A stretch of DNA of 63,333 nucleotides, filler included, from Octopus bimaculoides (Eukaryota): assembly GCF_001194135.2 (NCBI RefSeq). It is 8 parts of 6 records of this genome, joined end to end, with 100 filler letters (N's around TTAATTAATTAA, not from the genome) between each part and the next. Parts side by side here need not be neighbours in the genome. Positions count along the whole stretch, not along the records: positions 1 to 8,981 come from NC_068989.1; positions 9,082 to 13,958 come from NC_069000.1; 6 more parts are not named here. One strand, written 5' to 3'. Shown here piece by piece: positions 1 to 13,680 of this stretch. A program made the position numbers and the translations under genes. A model generated the notes under the pieces. It made no database searches, was not told where the DNA came from, and saw only the letters and a list, made by a program, of their open reading frames with translations. Within the stretch, counting starts at the first letter, position 1, and each line of letters starts with the position of its first letter.

Positions 1-527
1 AAAACATAAAAAACAGACAGTGTTGGAACTCTTTTAAACAAAATAATATATTCCTCTATACACAATGTGTGTGTGTGTGTGTATGTGTGTGTGTGTATGT
101 GTATGTATGTATGTGTACATGTATATTCACCTAAGTGCCATACATTCATATATTCACCGATATTAAGACCTCATCAATAAGAATTGTTTCCCATGCTTGC
201 ATTTATATTTTTTGTATTTTGCGCGCGCATGGCAGTTAGGATATAAAAAATTAAAAAGGTGTCTTCGAAAATTAGTAGATAAAAATAAAACGTTCTTTCC
301 GCACTTGATAACGCGCATGACGTTTTATAACGGAATTGTTTCACAACCAATCTAATCTCGATGTACTGTTAACTGTGAATATTTTGATGTTCAAAACTAT
401 TTTTACTTTTAAATTCTCACACTGCTTCTCTTCATCATATGTTTGAGCGATTAGTAACATGAAAATCGAAGTTACGATTCAAGAAGCTTCAGCATCTAAC
501 AATGTTTATGTATGTATGAGTGTGTGC

Positions 528-582
<55 letters not shown>

Positions 583-807
583 ATCATCATCATCACATAT
601 ATATGCATATATCAGTGTGTATCAGTATACCTATATTTCTATGTACATCCATAAACAACTAAGCATATCTCTATACGTATGCATTTTTCTGTGTATGTAT
701 ACACACACACACACACACACACACGTATATATATATATATATATATATATATGGACGTGTGTACATATATATGCAAATTTATGTATATATAAAAACANNN
801 NNNNNNN

Positions 808-838
<31 letters not shown>

Positions 839-1799
839 ACGTGTGTACATATATATGCAAATTTATGTATATATAAAAACAAAATTCAGTAGGGTATTAA
901 TATATACATATAAATATATATATACATATATATATTAATATATACATATAAATACATACATACATACATACATACATACATACATACATGTAAACTGCTG
1001 CCTGCGGTTTCTATTCTTTGATTTTTTTTTTATTTGTTTTGAAGTTATATTTATACTTTTCATTGTAATTTATCGCATCATTATTATCCTTATTGTTATC
1101 TAATACAATTGTTATCGTTTATTATAATTACTGATGTCGTCTTTGTGATTATAGCAGTTCTCGTTCACGTTCTTCTTGTTTTTGTACATTGCTATGGTTA
1201 TTTTGTATTACTTTTCCTGCTATTTCATTTTACTCTTTAAAATTTTTTGCCTTCTGCTGAAAATTGTACAAGCCTGAAAAAAGAATAAACTACTTGCTGG
1301 AATATTGCTAAAATGGTGTTTTGAGATTTTTCGCTTTTCTGTCTTCAAGAGGTTGTCTTGTTTCGCTTTTTTCTTTGTTTTGTACTTTTTGTATTAATTC
1401 TCTAATTTTGTTTCCTCTACTATGTTCGTATTTCTTTCTTTTTTCTTCTTTAGGCAGCTGCTATTGTATGATTTTTCTCAGAACTATTGCCGTACTCTTT
1501 TCAGAAATTCTGTATATTATGATAAATCGATTCTTGCTTAGTAAAACGGTGCAGATAGGAAAAAATGCGATTTGCTCCCTATATCGTGTATTGTTCTTGA
1601 CGTGTTATTACTATAGTGTTGTTGTGGTGGTTGTTATCGCATTTGTAACTGTCTTCTTTCTCCTTTATTCGCTTGTGGTGACTGCCCACAGATGTGTAAT
1701 TTACCCCCAAGTTAGTCCTAATGGAAGCATACCGAGTAGCCGTATAAAAGGTTTCTGCCGTCTGTGGTTCATTCTTACACGTCATATTATTTGTTTTAT

Positions 1800-1854
<55 letters not shown>

Positions 1855-3973
1855 CGTGTATATATATATGTATGTATGTATTTGTGTATAAATATGTATA
1901 TATAAATGTGTGTATGTATATGTATGTGTATNNNNNNNNNNNNNNNNNNNNNNNNNNNNNNNNNNNNNNNNNNNNNNNNNNNNNNNNNNNNNNNNNNNNN
2001 NNNNNNNNNNNNNNNNNNNNNNNNNNNNNNNNNNNNNNNNNNNNNNNNNNNNNNNNNNNNNNNNNNNNNNNNNNNNNNNNNNNNNNNNNNNNNNNNNNNN
2101 NNNNNNNNNNNNNNNNNNNNNNNNNNNNNNNNNNNNNNNNNNNNNNNNNNNNNNNNNNNNNNNNNNNNNNNNNNNNNNNNNNNNNNNNNNNNNNNNNNNN
2201 NNNNNNNNNNNNNNNNNNNNNNNNNNNNNNNNNNNNNNNNNNNNNNNNNNNNNNNNNNNNNNNNNNNNNNNNNNNNNNNNNNNNNNNNNNNNNNNNNNNN
2301 NNNNNNNNNNNNNNNNNNNNNNNNNNNNNNNNNNNNNNNNNNNNNNNNNNNNNNNNNNNNNNNNNNNNNNNNNNNNNNNNNNNNNNNNNNNNNNNNNNNN
2401 NNNNNNNNNNNNNNNNNNNNNNNNNNNNNNNNNNNNNNNNNNNNNNNNNNNNNNNNNNNNNNNNNNNNNNNNNNNNNNNNNNNNNNNNNNNNNNNNNNNN
2501 NNNNNNNNNNNNNNNNNNNNNNNNNNNNNNNNNNNNNNNNNNNNNNNNNNNNNNNNNNNNNNNNNNNNNNNNNNNNNNNNNNNNNNNNNNNNNNNNNNNN
2601 NNNNNNNNNNNNNNNNNNNNNNNNNNNNNNNNNNNNNNNNNNNNNNNNNNNNNNNNNNNNNNNNNNNNNNNNNNNNNNNNNNNNNNNNNNNNNNNNNNNN
2701 NNNNNNNNNNNNNNNNNNNNNNNNNNNNNNNNNNNNNNNNNNNNNNNNNNNNNNNNNNNNNNNNNNNNNNNNNNNNNNNNNNNNNNNNNNNNNNNNNNNN
2801 NNNNNNNNNNNNNNNNNNNNNNNNNNNNNNNNNNNNNNNNNNNNNNNNNNNNNNNNNNNNNNNNNNNNNNNNNTTTTTTTTTTTTTTGCTTTGTCTTTTA
2901 AGACAGGTATCAATACCACACTATCCTCTTCCGTTCATTGTATAAGCGCTAATATCTTGCTGAAAGCAATCTTATATTTCCATATATTTCGGAGTGGCCT
3001 CCCTTGACATTCTTGGCAAGAATTCTCAGTAACGCTAATGATTTTCTCTTCATAATGAAAGTAATTTTAATTGATTAAAGTTGGTGGTGGAAGGGAATCT
3101 CATTAGATTAAGTATGCTTGCACTCACTCAACTATATTTTTCCAGCTGGACACATTTGATCCGCGAAGCTTAAACACAGATTTAACCTTCCTTAAACTTT
3201 GCATTCCACTTTCAATATCGTTTACACTCACCATTGTCGATATGGTTTTATAGAGTATATTTGTTTCTGCCTTGTTTAAATATATGCATCTATTCATATA
3301 TGTATACATACTGCTGTGATTTCATAGGTTATTATCTCCTTATGTACATGCGCTACGCATGTGACAGCAACATATGTACAGCACGTTTATTTGAATTATG
3401 CATGTTCACTGCATTCATTTTGCATTTTCAGAGCTCTGCGTACTCCTCCTCGTCTGTTGTCACTCGTTACATTTCTATCAATCCCTACTGACCTAATAAA
3501 GGTCAGTAAGGATTGATAGATTAAGTATACTAGGTTTACAAAGAATAAATTCTGGGTACGATTTGTTCGACGAAAATCCTTTAAGGTTGTGCTCCAGCAT
3601 GACCGCAGTCAAAAGAATAAAAGAATAAAAGAATATATATATATTTANNNNNNNNNNNNNNNNNNNNNNNNNNNNNNNNNNNNNNNNNNNNNNNNNNNNN
3701 NNNNNNNNNNNNNNNNNNNNNNNNNNNNNNNNNNNNNNNNNNNNNNNNNNNNNNNNNNNNNNNNNNNNNNNNNNNNNNNNNNNNNNNNNNNNNNNNNNNN
3801 NNNNNNNNNNNNNNNNNNNNNNNNNNNNNNNNNNNNNNNNNNNNNNNNNNNNNNNNNNNNNNNNNNNNNNNNNNNNNNNNNNNNNNNNNNNNNNNNNNNN
3901 NNNNNNNNNNNNNNNNNNNNNNNNNNNNNNNNTGCAAGCTCTCTCTCTCTCTCTGTCTCTCTCTGTCTCTGTC

Positions 3974-4019
<46 letters not shown>

Positions 4020-4687
4020 TCTCTCCTCTCCTCTCCTCTTTCTCTCTTCCTTTTCCTCCTTGTTTGCGCGTGCTTCTGTCTTATGTATTGTTTTTCTCCC
4101 TTCTGAGCGTTTCTTTCTAAGCGTTCTCCATACTATCTCGTACTTCACTTGATCAAACCTTCAGCTACTCTTCCAATTCAACTGAATTCCATTTCGTTAC
4201 AATCTTTGTCCCACCTTCTTCCACTTTACTTCTTCCCTCATCGTTCACCTCACACACTACTCACACTACCTCTTACTGTCTTCTTCTATTTTTACATCAA
4301 CATCCCTCCACATTACTAGTTTACTTCAATCGAATTTTCATTCACAAGCCTTGTTTTTCAGCCATTTTAAGATGGAAGGATTTATTTTCAGGGGAATATA
4401 ACTGCTTTAAAACTATCAATTCTCAGTGGTGATTACAAGTGGAAGATTTAAACGAGCTGTATCTTCTGGCCTCTTAATATACTTCATTCTTCTTTCGTTT
4501 TAAACAACCTCAAGGAAAATATGAACGTCAGACAAGCGTATTTTTTTCTCGTCAACAAGTGTGCCACTTTGTACATAAGTAAAAGTACTATATTCAGTTA
4601 TTTCATTGTTGCAGGGTATGTATGTATGTATCTGCATGTCCTTCTCCAATATAAAGATTATTGACGTTCTTTCTTGTTTGCTTGCAG

Positions 4688-4929
4688 GTATCACCACTGT
4701 GTTGACAATGACAACCATCAGCAACGGGGTGCGGTCCTCTCTACCGCGAATCTCTTATGTCAAAGCTATTGACATTTATCTGGTCATGTGTTTCGTATTT
4801 GTGTTCGCCGCCTTGCTGGAGTATGCAGCGGTGAACTACACCTATTGGGGGGGAAAAGCAAAGCGCAAAGCTAAGAAGCTACGTGAGAAAAACGAAACGC
4901 TCTACGATAAAGACGATAACGAAAACAGA
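4688..4929 (+). CDS. Lcch3: Internal coding exon of a Cys-loop ligand-gated ion channel, GABA-A receptor beta-like (LCCH3 / molluscan GABA beta type): TM2 from 4', TM2-TM3 loop, TM3, start of M3-M4 loop
   Basis: Polypyrimidine tract plus ttgcag acceptor ending at 4687 and aga|gtaagt donor at 4930 give a 242-nt exon (phase 1 to phase 0). It translates as (G)[67 protein letters not shown]...ENR, nearly identical to LCCH3 and Lymnaea GABA beta as I recall them. An intron splitting the TM2 Gly codon is a conserved position in this family. Confidence 0.93.
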
Positions 4930-5589
4930 GTAAGTTATTCTCGGAATTATTTTTTCATCTTTCAATTACCGAATTTAATGACTATGAGTCGCTTTTTCTT
5001 CATTTTCAAATGTAACTAAAAATTGCCCTGTGTCTAATGCGACCGTATTACAGGTGGGACACTGAGTGCCATAGAACAGGGAGCTGGATGTCTGCTAAGA
5101 TACTGAAGGCAAGCAAAATTATCACCGACATCTAGGACAAGCTCATGAAAAATTACTTACAGTACGTTGACAGTTACGTAGCGAAGTCATATCATCTCGT
5201 TATACTTCCTTCCGCAGCATACATGATCTATACTTGATATGTGTCTTATATTATTTAATGAGTGTACTACTTTAAGAAACATTTTTTTTTAATTACCCGA
5301 TTGAAAAATTATTCTAGAAACATTAAAAGAATGTTAAATTTTCATCAGCCTGTCAGCTATTTGCAACAAATGAATGACAACAAAACCATAGCGTGTGTTC
5401 GCCAGCCTGGTTGCCGATCGTGGTTACATAAAACATCGCAATCAGGAATACAAATTTTACATCTTGTATGGCAATTCTCTTGAGCAAAAACTTAACAATT
5501 ATACGGTTGATTCGAAAGAAGATAAAGTTGAAATACAGTACTCTCACAACGTTTATTTATGACAATTTCATACTTTATTCCAGTATACT

Positions 5590-5960
5590 ATTATTATTTT
5601 TTTCGCTGCTTTCGCGGATTCCCATGACTCTCTGACGCCATTCTATTCCATTATTATGAATTTGAATTGGAAGTTTGAATCATAGTGACTCTTTCATTAG
5701 CTGATTACACAACCATGGACGCCATCCCTATAGACGCGTTGCAGTTACTCTCTTAATAGAGCTTGGTGATCCTGACAGTTTATATTCTAGGATTCCTCCG
5801 CTCAGCATCAATGTAAGAAGCACCGCTGGCTCAGTTGAGCTCTTCCTCTACCTCTTCCCAATCCGCCATGCTGCAGTCCCATGACTTTCAAAATCCTCTT
5901 CGAATCTGCATCATCTTCCAAAAGATATCTTCTCTGTCAATCTTTGCTGTGAGCTGCTGA
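5590..5960 (-). mobile_element. Possible highly decayed RTE-type LINE 3' remnant
   Basis: Minus strand gives ..GRGRGRAQL.. and ..EWRQRVMG.., reminiscent of RTE C-termini; many stops. Confidence 0.3.
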
Positions 5961-6359
5961 GACATAGCAAGAAGTTGGCCCGTCGACATTGTTACAAATA
6001 AGCAACCTGTAAGTGTAGTACTATATAATTGACGAATATTTGCTTAACTCACAGAGTTCAAGTCGTTATTTAATCGTGGTTTCTTTGACACAGAATTTCA
6101 CATTGGGATTCTTTACAAATGAATTACATGGATAGCATTAGTCTTTCTTTTATAGAAAAGATTTAAAAGAATGCCTTCAATATTTATTGATAAGACATGT
6201 AATGGAGATTTTTGTCTTTGAGATTTGGAAAACTTGATTAAAAGATCGATGTATCCATTATTGGATTTTCCTTTCAGTTTGGATGATGAAGGAATAAAAT
6301 TAAAGAACTGAGCAATATTGCATAAAAATAATGCCGAAGGTTTTGAAATAAACAAGAAA

Positions 6360-6438
<79 letters not shown>

Positions 6439-6457
6439 GAAAAACAACAATAATAAT

Positions 6458-6552
6458 GATGGTTTCAAATTTTGGCTCCAGGCCAGCAACTTCTGGGAAT
6501 GACGTAAGTCGATTAAATCGACCCCAATGCTTAACTGGTACTTGTTTTAATA
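6458..6552 (-). mobile_element. SINE family B 3' fragment with long (TAA)n tail (6361-6457)
   Basis: Matches the 3' part of the copies at 7765-7991 and 60001-60215. Confidence 0.7.
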
Positions 6553-6611
6553 ATAAAGCATATTATTCTACACCCGGTATTCGAGTACTATATTTTCCCA
6601 CCTTGTTTTAC

Positions 6612-6741
<130 letters not shown>

Positions 6742-7764
6742 GTGTGTATGTGTGTATGTGTGTCTCTGTGTGTGTATTTATAACCGCGTTTATGAATGTA
6801 TGTATGTTTTTATGCATGTATGTATGTGCTGGTATATATGTACGTATGCACGTATGTATGTATGTATGTATGTATGTATGTATGTATGTATGTATGTATG
6901 TGTACACATAATCTTATAAACAGCAGACCTTATTTGAAGAAAACTACTTCATGTACTGGCGACAACAATAACTACAACAATGAAAAGAAAATAGCAGCCA
7001 AAGGACGAATACTGCGTGTAGTATCGAGGAAAAGGAGAAGGAGAAGCTCGGTGGAGAATTAGGAATTAAGAGAGTAAAAGAGAGAGAGAGAGAACAGCTC
7101 TTGTCAAATACTGAAGGTCAATGAAGCAATGTGGCAATTTCTTCCAAATATACTGCATAAAGACTAATACTTGAACGATGATCTTATAATCCAAGTGGGG
7201 CGCTATTTGAGTGGACATGACCCACATTGTTGTGAGTAGGCTTCACTACAATCAATCATCTTCCACGGAGTTCTCTGATCGAAACCGATGACAAGTAGTA
7301 AAGAGATTTTGAATGGAGTGTTGGCAAGCTGATTGATTATTCAAGAAAATGTTTCTCTGTGTGTGAGAAAGAGTGAGAGACAGACATACAGACAAAGGGA
7401 TAGACAGAGAACTAGTGAGAGAGCGAGAGAAAGAGCGAAATTTGATTGATGGTGACATCTACTGAGGCTGCCATTTTGATTTCGAAAAGTGTGAAACCTT
7501 GATGCTGCCATTTTGTGTCTCGAGAAGTGCAAAAAGTATGTTGTATCAAAGTCGTTATTTTATATAAAATGTAAATGTGATAGAACTAACAATTGTTGCT
7601 TCTTCTTCTGCTGCTGGTGTTGCTGCTTCAGGGGAAGATACTGGTAGTGGGTTGAGAAAAAAGAGAATAAGAATGATGATTCGTAGTCAATATAAGTCTA
7701 AGTGCAAGTGTATTCAACAACAAAAAATATTATACTGAACAACTTTAGAGAAGTGCTTCTAGTA

Positions 7765-7991
7765 AATAATAATAATCCTTTCTACTATAGGCACAAGGCC
7801 TGAAATTTGGCGGGGAGGTGTCTAGTCGATTACATAAACCCCTAATGTTTCACTGGTACTTAATTTATCAACCGTCGAAAGGATGAAAGGTAAACTCGAC
7901 CTCGGTGGAATTTGAACTCAGAACTTAACGGCAGACGAAATACCGCTCAGCATTTCGCCCGGCGTGCTAACGATTCTGCCAGCTCCCCGCC
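7765..7991 (-). mobile_element. SINE family B (tRNA-like head, ATT tail), near full length
   Basis: Minus strand reads ggcggggagctggcagaatcgttagcacgccgggcgaaatg...gttctgagttcaaattccaccgaggtcg...gtgcctatagtagaaaggattatt. A/B-box-like head; about 14 related copies in the window. Confidence 0.85.
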
Positions 7992-8263
7992 TTAATAATA
8001 ATAATAATNNNNNNNNNNNNNNNNNNNNNNNNNNNNNNNNNNNNNNNNNNNNNNNNNNNNNNNNNNNNNNNNNNNNNNNNNNNNNNNNNNNNNNNNNNNN
8101 NNNNNNNNNNNNNNNNNNNNNNNNNNNNNNNNNNNNNNNNNNNNNNNNNNNNNNNNNNNNNNNNNNNNNNNNNNNNNNNNNNNNNNNNNNNNNNNNNNNN
8201 NNNNNNNNNNNNNNNNNNNNNNNNNNNNNNNNNNNNNNNNNNNNNNNNNNNNNNNNNNNNNNN

Positions 8264-8306
<43 letters not shown>

Positions 8307-8981
8307 CACACTCACGTACATACACACATACATACAAACGCACACACACATACACACAAATAACCATATATTCGTGTGTATGTGAGAGTATGTGAGACAG
8401 AGTGTGGGTGTTTATTTGATCGGAGGAGTAGAAGGAAGAGGAAGAGAAGGAGGAGGAGTACGGCATGTAGGCGCCGGAAGAGGTGAGCGAGCAGAGGGAC
8501 TGTCCTTCAGTGTCGGAAGATCAACAAAACAACTTTATGTTTCATTAACTGAACTGAATCACAGAATCTACCTCCAGGATCTTCTGATGACGTAAAGTCA
8601 TTTGTCTCTGTAATTTCTTAGTTTATAAATTGTTTCTCTCTCTAATACATAGTTTTTCATGTGTAAGACTTATTATGTGTGTATTGACTCCGTTAAATAC
8701 GTGTGTTGTGTGACATATGTATGTGTGAGTGTTCGCGCGTGTGTGTTGTATAAATGTGTGTGGGGGTATGTTATTTTTATTTATTTACCTATGTGGTTAT
8801 TTTTTTATTCATATCTTTCAATTCGATAATTTGATCTGCTGGATTTGATTATATTTTCTATCTGTGTGTCTGCCTATATGACTGTGACTGTTTTTATGTC
8901 TGTTTGTCTCTTTCCTTCTCTCTCTCTCTCTCTCTCCCTCTTTTATTGTCACTCTTCGTATACGTGTATGCGTGTGTATAT

Positions 8982-9081
8982 NNNNNNNNNNNNNNNNNNN
9001 NNNNNNNNNNNNNNNNNNNNNNNNNTTAATTAATTAANNNNNNNNNNNNNNNNNNNNNNNNNNNNNNNNNNNNNNNNNNNN
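8982..9081. other. Artificial 100-bp scaffold linker (44 N + TTAATTAATTAA + 44 N); seven instances
   Basis: The 12-mer occurs at 9026, 14003, 32969, 43591, 49489, 57124 and 60307, centred in N runs (44 N on the sides counted); it has stop codons in all six frames. Confidence 0.97.
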
Positions 9082-9590
9082 ATATATATATATATATATA
9101 TATATATACACCCATATATGTAGATACATATGTGTGTATGTACATATATGTTTGATATACAGAAGCATATACATATGCATATATATGCGTGTGTGTATCT
9201 CAGTGTATATACACACGCACACACACATATATATATATGTTTGTATGTATGTATATTTGCGTATTGAAACATGGCGAAAGTGGTAGTCCTGAAGGGAAGT
9301 TTTGAGCAGCTTCATGTGTGGTGGTGGTGGTTGTGGTGGTAGTGAAAGTGGTGGTTGTGGTGGTAGTGAAAGTGGTGGTGCTGATGTTAATGGTTCTAGT
9401 GGTTGTCCTGTTAATAGCAGTGGTGGCGTAGGTGTTGGCGTTGGTGGCAGTGGTTGTATTAGGCATGGTACACTGTGCGAGGAAGTTGGCTTATGATGAG
9501 ATTGATAACTGAAGAAACACGCAGACGGACAAACAGACAGACAGATAGACAGACAGATAGACAGACAGATAGATAGATAGATAGATAGAC

Positions 9591-9636
<46 letters not shown>

Positions 9637-10741
9637 GTGGATGGATGGATGGATAGATAAATGGCAAACAACAGAGCTATTGTATATGATGACCGATGGT
9701 CAAATAGTTTGGAGGTGGGTGGATGGATGGAGAGGTGGTATACAGAGAAGTTGATCGCAGGATCGATCTTCGCGTCCACCACCGAGATAGTAGAACTTAT
9801 TTCATTTATTGATACATGGGTTTATTGATGCTTGGGCCAGTATCTAAATGGATTAGTGGATTAGAGGACGATAAGCCGGGAGGCAGAGTTTGCTTGTGTT
9901 AGGAAGGTTTTAGAATATTTGGATAGGTCTTTGGTTGGTGCTGTTGATCAGAATGGGGTGGTGGTGGTGGTGGTGGTGTATAATTTATCGGGTGAAGGAT
10001 GCTCAAAAAGGCTTGTTGGGTGGCTGGAATTTCGGAATGAGGATTTGGGCAGGGAACGTATGTAAGTGTATGTTTGTGTGTATATATATATATATGTATG
10101 CGTGAGTGCGTATGTATATATGTATGCATGTGTGTGTACTCGTATAAATACATGTATACATACATGCATACATACATACATATATAAATGTATGTATGTA
10201 TGTATATATATATATATATATATATATTCAGAGAGAGAAGAGAGAGAGAGTAATGAATGCATCTGTGTATGAGTGTATGAATTGATGGATGGATCCTTTG
10301 AAGCTTAGATAAAATGTGTGAGATAAGGGTGGATGGCTTTATCGGGTGGATAGAGGTGGGACTGGACGAATTGTTAGGGTAGGCTGGTTAATGTTACATT
10401 ATTTGATGAAGGGGTGGGTTTTTTTTATAAAAGGAGGGGTGCTTAACGTTAGGGTTAGGAAGGGAGGGAAGGGTGGAGGGTAGCAAATCGAAGATCGACA
10501 ATAACATCAACAACAACAATAGGAAAAACAACAACAACAACAAAAGCACCAGTGATAGTGATAACAACAACAACAGCAAGTGTGGTGGGGCTCCTGCCTC
10601 CACAATGTGCCAGAAGGAAGGATTAAAGCCTTACCAATCATTTTAATGCATTGATGGCAATTAATATTGACAACAACAAAAACAACAGCAACAGCAGCGG
10701 CGGCAGCAACAACAGCACAAACAACAAATATATATCCCCAT

Positions 10742-10772
<31 letters not shown>

Positions 10773-11459
10773 AGCAGACCACCATCGCCACCACAACCAC
10801 CATCACCGCCAACAATAACAACACGAACAACTCAAACAGGCATCATTATCATCAACATCAAAATGAGAATCAGTTGCATAATATGCAACGAAATTTCATC
10901 ATCATCATCAACAACAACAACAACAGAAGCTTGACGATGACAACAACAACAACAACAACCATAATAAGAGTAGGAAATCATAATCGGAGATTTTAACTTG
11001 GAATTTACTCTAAATTTATATTTTAAAGAAAAGACATTCAAGGTAATGTTTTTTTGTTTTGTTATTTTTTAGATATTATTTTTTATTGTCCTTGAATGTT
11101 GAAAATGTTCAAGAACCGCACTAAATGCGTCATTTCAGTCTATTTTTGTGGCATTTTCTATACTCACATAGTAGTCACCCCCTCCCCTTCATACCTGCCT
11201 CACATTCTCCAGCCATGTATTGTCCACACTCACTCCCAACGCAACGCACCAATCTTACATTGATTCCCTCAGAGGACACATTAAAGCCATCTTCCAATGA
11301 AGCCATCCTCCAGTGAAACCATCCTCCATCCTCCAATGAAGGGAGGCCAAGATCCATTTTCTCTTTCAACATCAGCAAAACTTAAACACTATATAGAACA
11401 AGAAAATATCACTGCATCGTCGTAACCGACGGAGTGCTCTTCATAATCATGAACTGGTC

Positions 11460-11775
11460 CTCCGTCGGTTACGACGTCGAGGGTTCCAGTTGATCCGATC
11501 GACCGAACAACCTGTGCATGAAATTAACATACATGTGGCTGAATACTCCACAGACACGCGTACCCTTAACGTAGTTCTCAGGTAGATTCAGCCAGACACA
11601 GAATGCGACAAGGCTGGCCCCTTTGAGTTACAGGTACAAGTCATTTTTGCCAGCTGAGTGGACTGGAGCAACGTAAAATAAAGTGTCTTTCTCAAGGACA
11701 CAACACACCGCCTGGAATCGAACTTTCACCCTTACGATCGGGATCCGAACACCTTAACCACTCAGCCACGCGCCT
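11460..11775 (-). mobile_element. SINE family C (tRNA-like head at about 11700-11775)
   Basis: Head on minus strand: gcgtggctgagtggttaagg...gttcgattcc. Related pieces at 39452-39519 and about 61330-61505. Confidence 0.8.
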
Positions 11776-11809
11776 CGGCCCTCACTCAAGTAATGACCTC
11801 AAAATTGTT

Positions 11810-12140
11810 CTGATTGTTGGGTTATACAATCACCAAGGAAATATCCTGGTGGAAATATTCAGTTGCGCATCGGGACCCTCGTCAGGACCAGAAGTTACTT
11901 CAACCCACAACACTTATTAATACCCTACGAAGCTCAGGTAAGGACCACACTAGAGTATTCTTCTCACACCTGGGACGGTGCTACAGCTGCTGCTGTTGTT
12001 GTTGTAGCTGCTGCTGCTGCTGCTGCTGTTTCACACACACACCATATATGGCGAAGAATAGAGTATCTCGCTCATCATTAATAACACTATCACATCGCCG
12101 AATACAATGTCTTAGGAATTTCCACAGCAACAAAGCGTAA
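11810..12140 (+). mobile_element. CR1/L2-group LINE 3' RT fragment interrupted by a (GCT/GTT)n expansion
   Basis: RTRSYFNPQHLLIPYEAQVRTTLEYSSHTWDGA followed by LITLSHRR; same motifs as the 52658-53250 fragment. Confidence 0.6.
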
Positions 12141-12389
12141 TACCTTGTAGACTCATGTATTCTTTATAATATACAAAGATTAAGTCAGTGTTGTGGAATG
12201 CATCCATTTCCTAAGATTGAAAAAAAAATCGTTCTTTGCAGGAGTCAAGGCCGATCGTTCCCAGAACATTTATATTGTGGAATTCTTGAAGCATTGTATT
12301 CTAGGCATGTGTGAGTGGTTAAGAAATTCGCTTCGTAAGCTCCTGGTTTCGACTCCGGTCTTATTTCGTGGGCGGTGCACCATTGAACT

Positions 12390-12910
12390 ACTCTCCCTCT
12401 TTTTACCTTTTATACTTCCAAACATTATCATATTTCTAAATGACTCAATCATTTTATGGCTCTGACTAAAACATTGCTTTGCGTGTTGCTGTTTCTGGAA
12501 GTCTTTCTCTCTTCCCATCCCATTCCATTAAGTTGTTCTAAAACTGACTGGTCTTGGCATTAAGTCCTTCCTCTTAACCCATTTGGCACCAATCTGTCTT
12601 TAGTTCTATGACACAAACTTCCTGTTTTAAAGAGATCTAAATTTCTTCAAGTAAATTCTTCGTTATTTTTAAAATTGAAATATATTTAAACAAAAAAAAT
12701 ATAGAAAGAATTCTGCGAAAACATTTTGTTCCAAATGCTGACAATTTCCTCTCAATGTTGCCCGTATGTATGCTCCCCTCTCACATCCATGCAGCATCAT
12801 CGCAATTATCACGGAAGATGTCAACATCAGTTTTTCGCTCGTTACTGTAATGTTTTTGTTGGTCTTGATTAATTTTGCTATTGCTTTGTCAATATTATAT
12901 ATTTCCATCG
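12390..12910 (-). mobile_element. RTE-clade LINE RT C-terminal fragment
   Basis: KNITVTSEKLMLTSSVIIAMMLHGCE resembles the RTE ..LYGCESW motif; downstream MIMFGSIKGKKR. Confidence 0.55.
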
Positions 12911-13300
12911 ATTACAGATCGAACTTGTATCTTTGATTTTGTTATTTCAGAGTACATACATCCTGCTTCTCGTAGGTTTACAAATTCTCGCTCCAATTCT
13001 TGCAAGTTCCAGGCTGTCAACTACGTAAGTCCTATATCTTCTACACTTCTATTCTCCACCATTCACTACATACAGTTAAAGCTTGAGAGGAAAAACAGCA
13101 ACAAAACGTCTTTATTTCCTGTCAGAATATAACAGAGTGCGAGTGAGAGGTGTCACCAGTTCCAGCTATGTTTGACTCTTTAGATCTGCTGTTGATTTTT
13201 GTGTTCTGGATGATGGTCTCCATCGCTGCTGTCGTCGTCTTTGCTGTTGTTGTTGCCACAACATCATTTTGTGCTTCTCCCCTGTTGGTCGATTTTTGCG

Positions 13301-13680
13301 ATGGTTGAAACGAAGGAACAACGTGCTTCCGTGAAAATCTGTTTTCTGCTGGGAAAAACGGCGGCCGAAACAATTCTAGTGCTTCAGACTGCTTACAAGG
13401 ACACTGTGCCATGAGCAAAATACAAGTTTATGAGTGGTTTCCACGCTTTAGGAATGGTCATTTATCGCTTGAAGACCAACATCGTTCAGGGCGACCGTCG
13501 ACCTCCCGGACGAATGAAAACATCATGAAAATTCATAAATTAATCTTGGACGACCGTCACCAAACAATTGACAAACTTGTTGATATGACTGGTGAGTCCT
13601 GGAGCTCCTGTCGAAGAATTGCGAATGAAAAGAGTTCCAGCAAAACCTGTGTCCCGCCTGCTCACGGAAGATGAAAAACT
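13301..13680 (+). mobile_element. mariner transposase 5' fragment (HTH DNA-binding region), frameshifted
   Basis: MVETKEQRASVKICFLLGKTAAET...MSKIQVYEWFPRFRNGHLSLEDQHRSGRPSTSRTNENI...MKRVPAKPVSRLL. Confidence 0.9.

Noticed and set aside
749-880. Direct repeats flanking 10-N gaps (also 29526-29535, 37553-37562, 46079-46088)
   Set aside because: Identical sequence on both sides of a minimal gap indicates unmerged contig overlaps.
4606-5019. 137-aa ORF as a standalone gene
   Set aside because: Only 4688-4929 is homologous; the flanks are intronic read-through beyond clear splice sites.
8392-8595. Purine/GC-rich 67-aa ORF
   Set aside because: No homology recognised and no in-frame phase-0 acceptor.
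11700-11775. tRNA-like sequences at SINE heads
   Set aside because: They continue into SINE bodies and lack a complete cloverleaf, so they are not tRNA genes.
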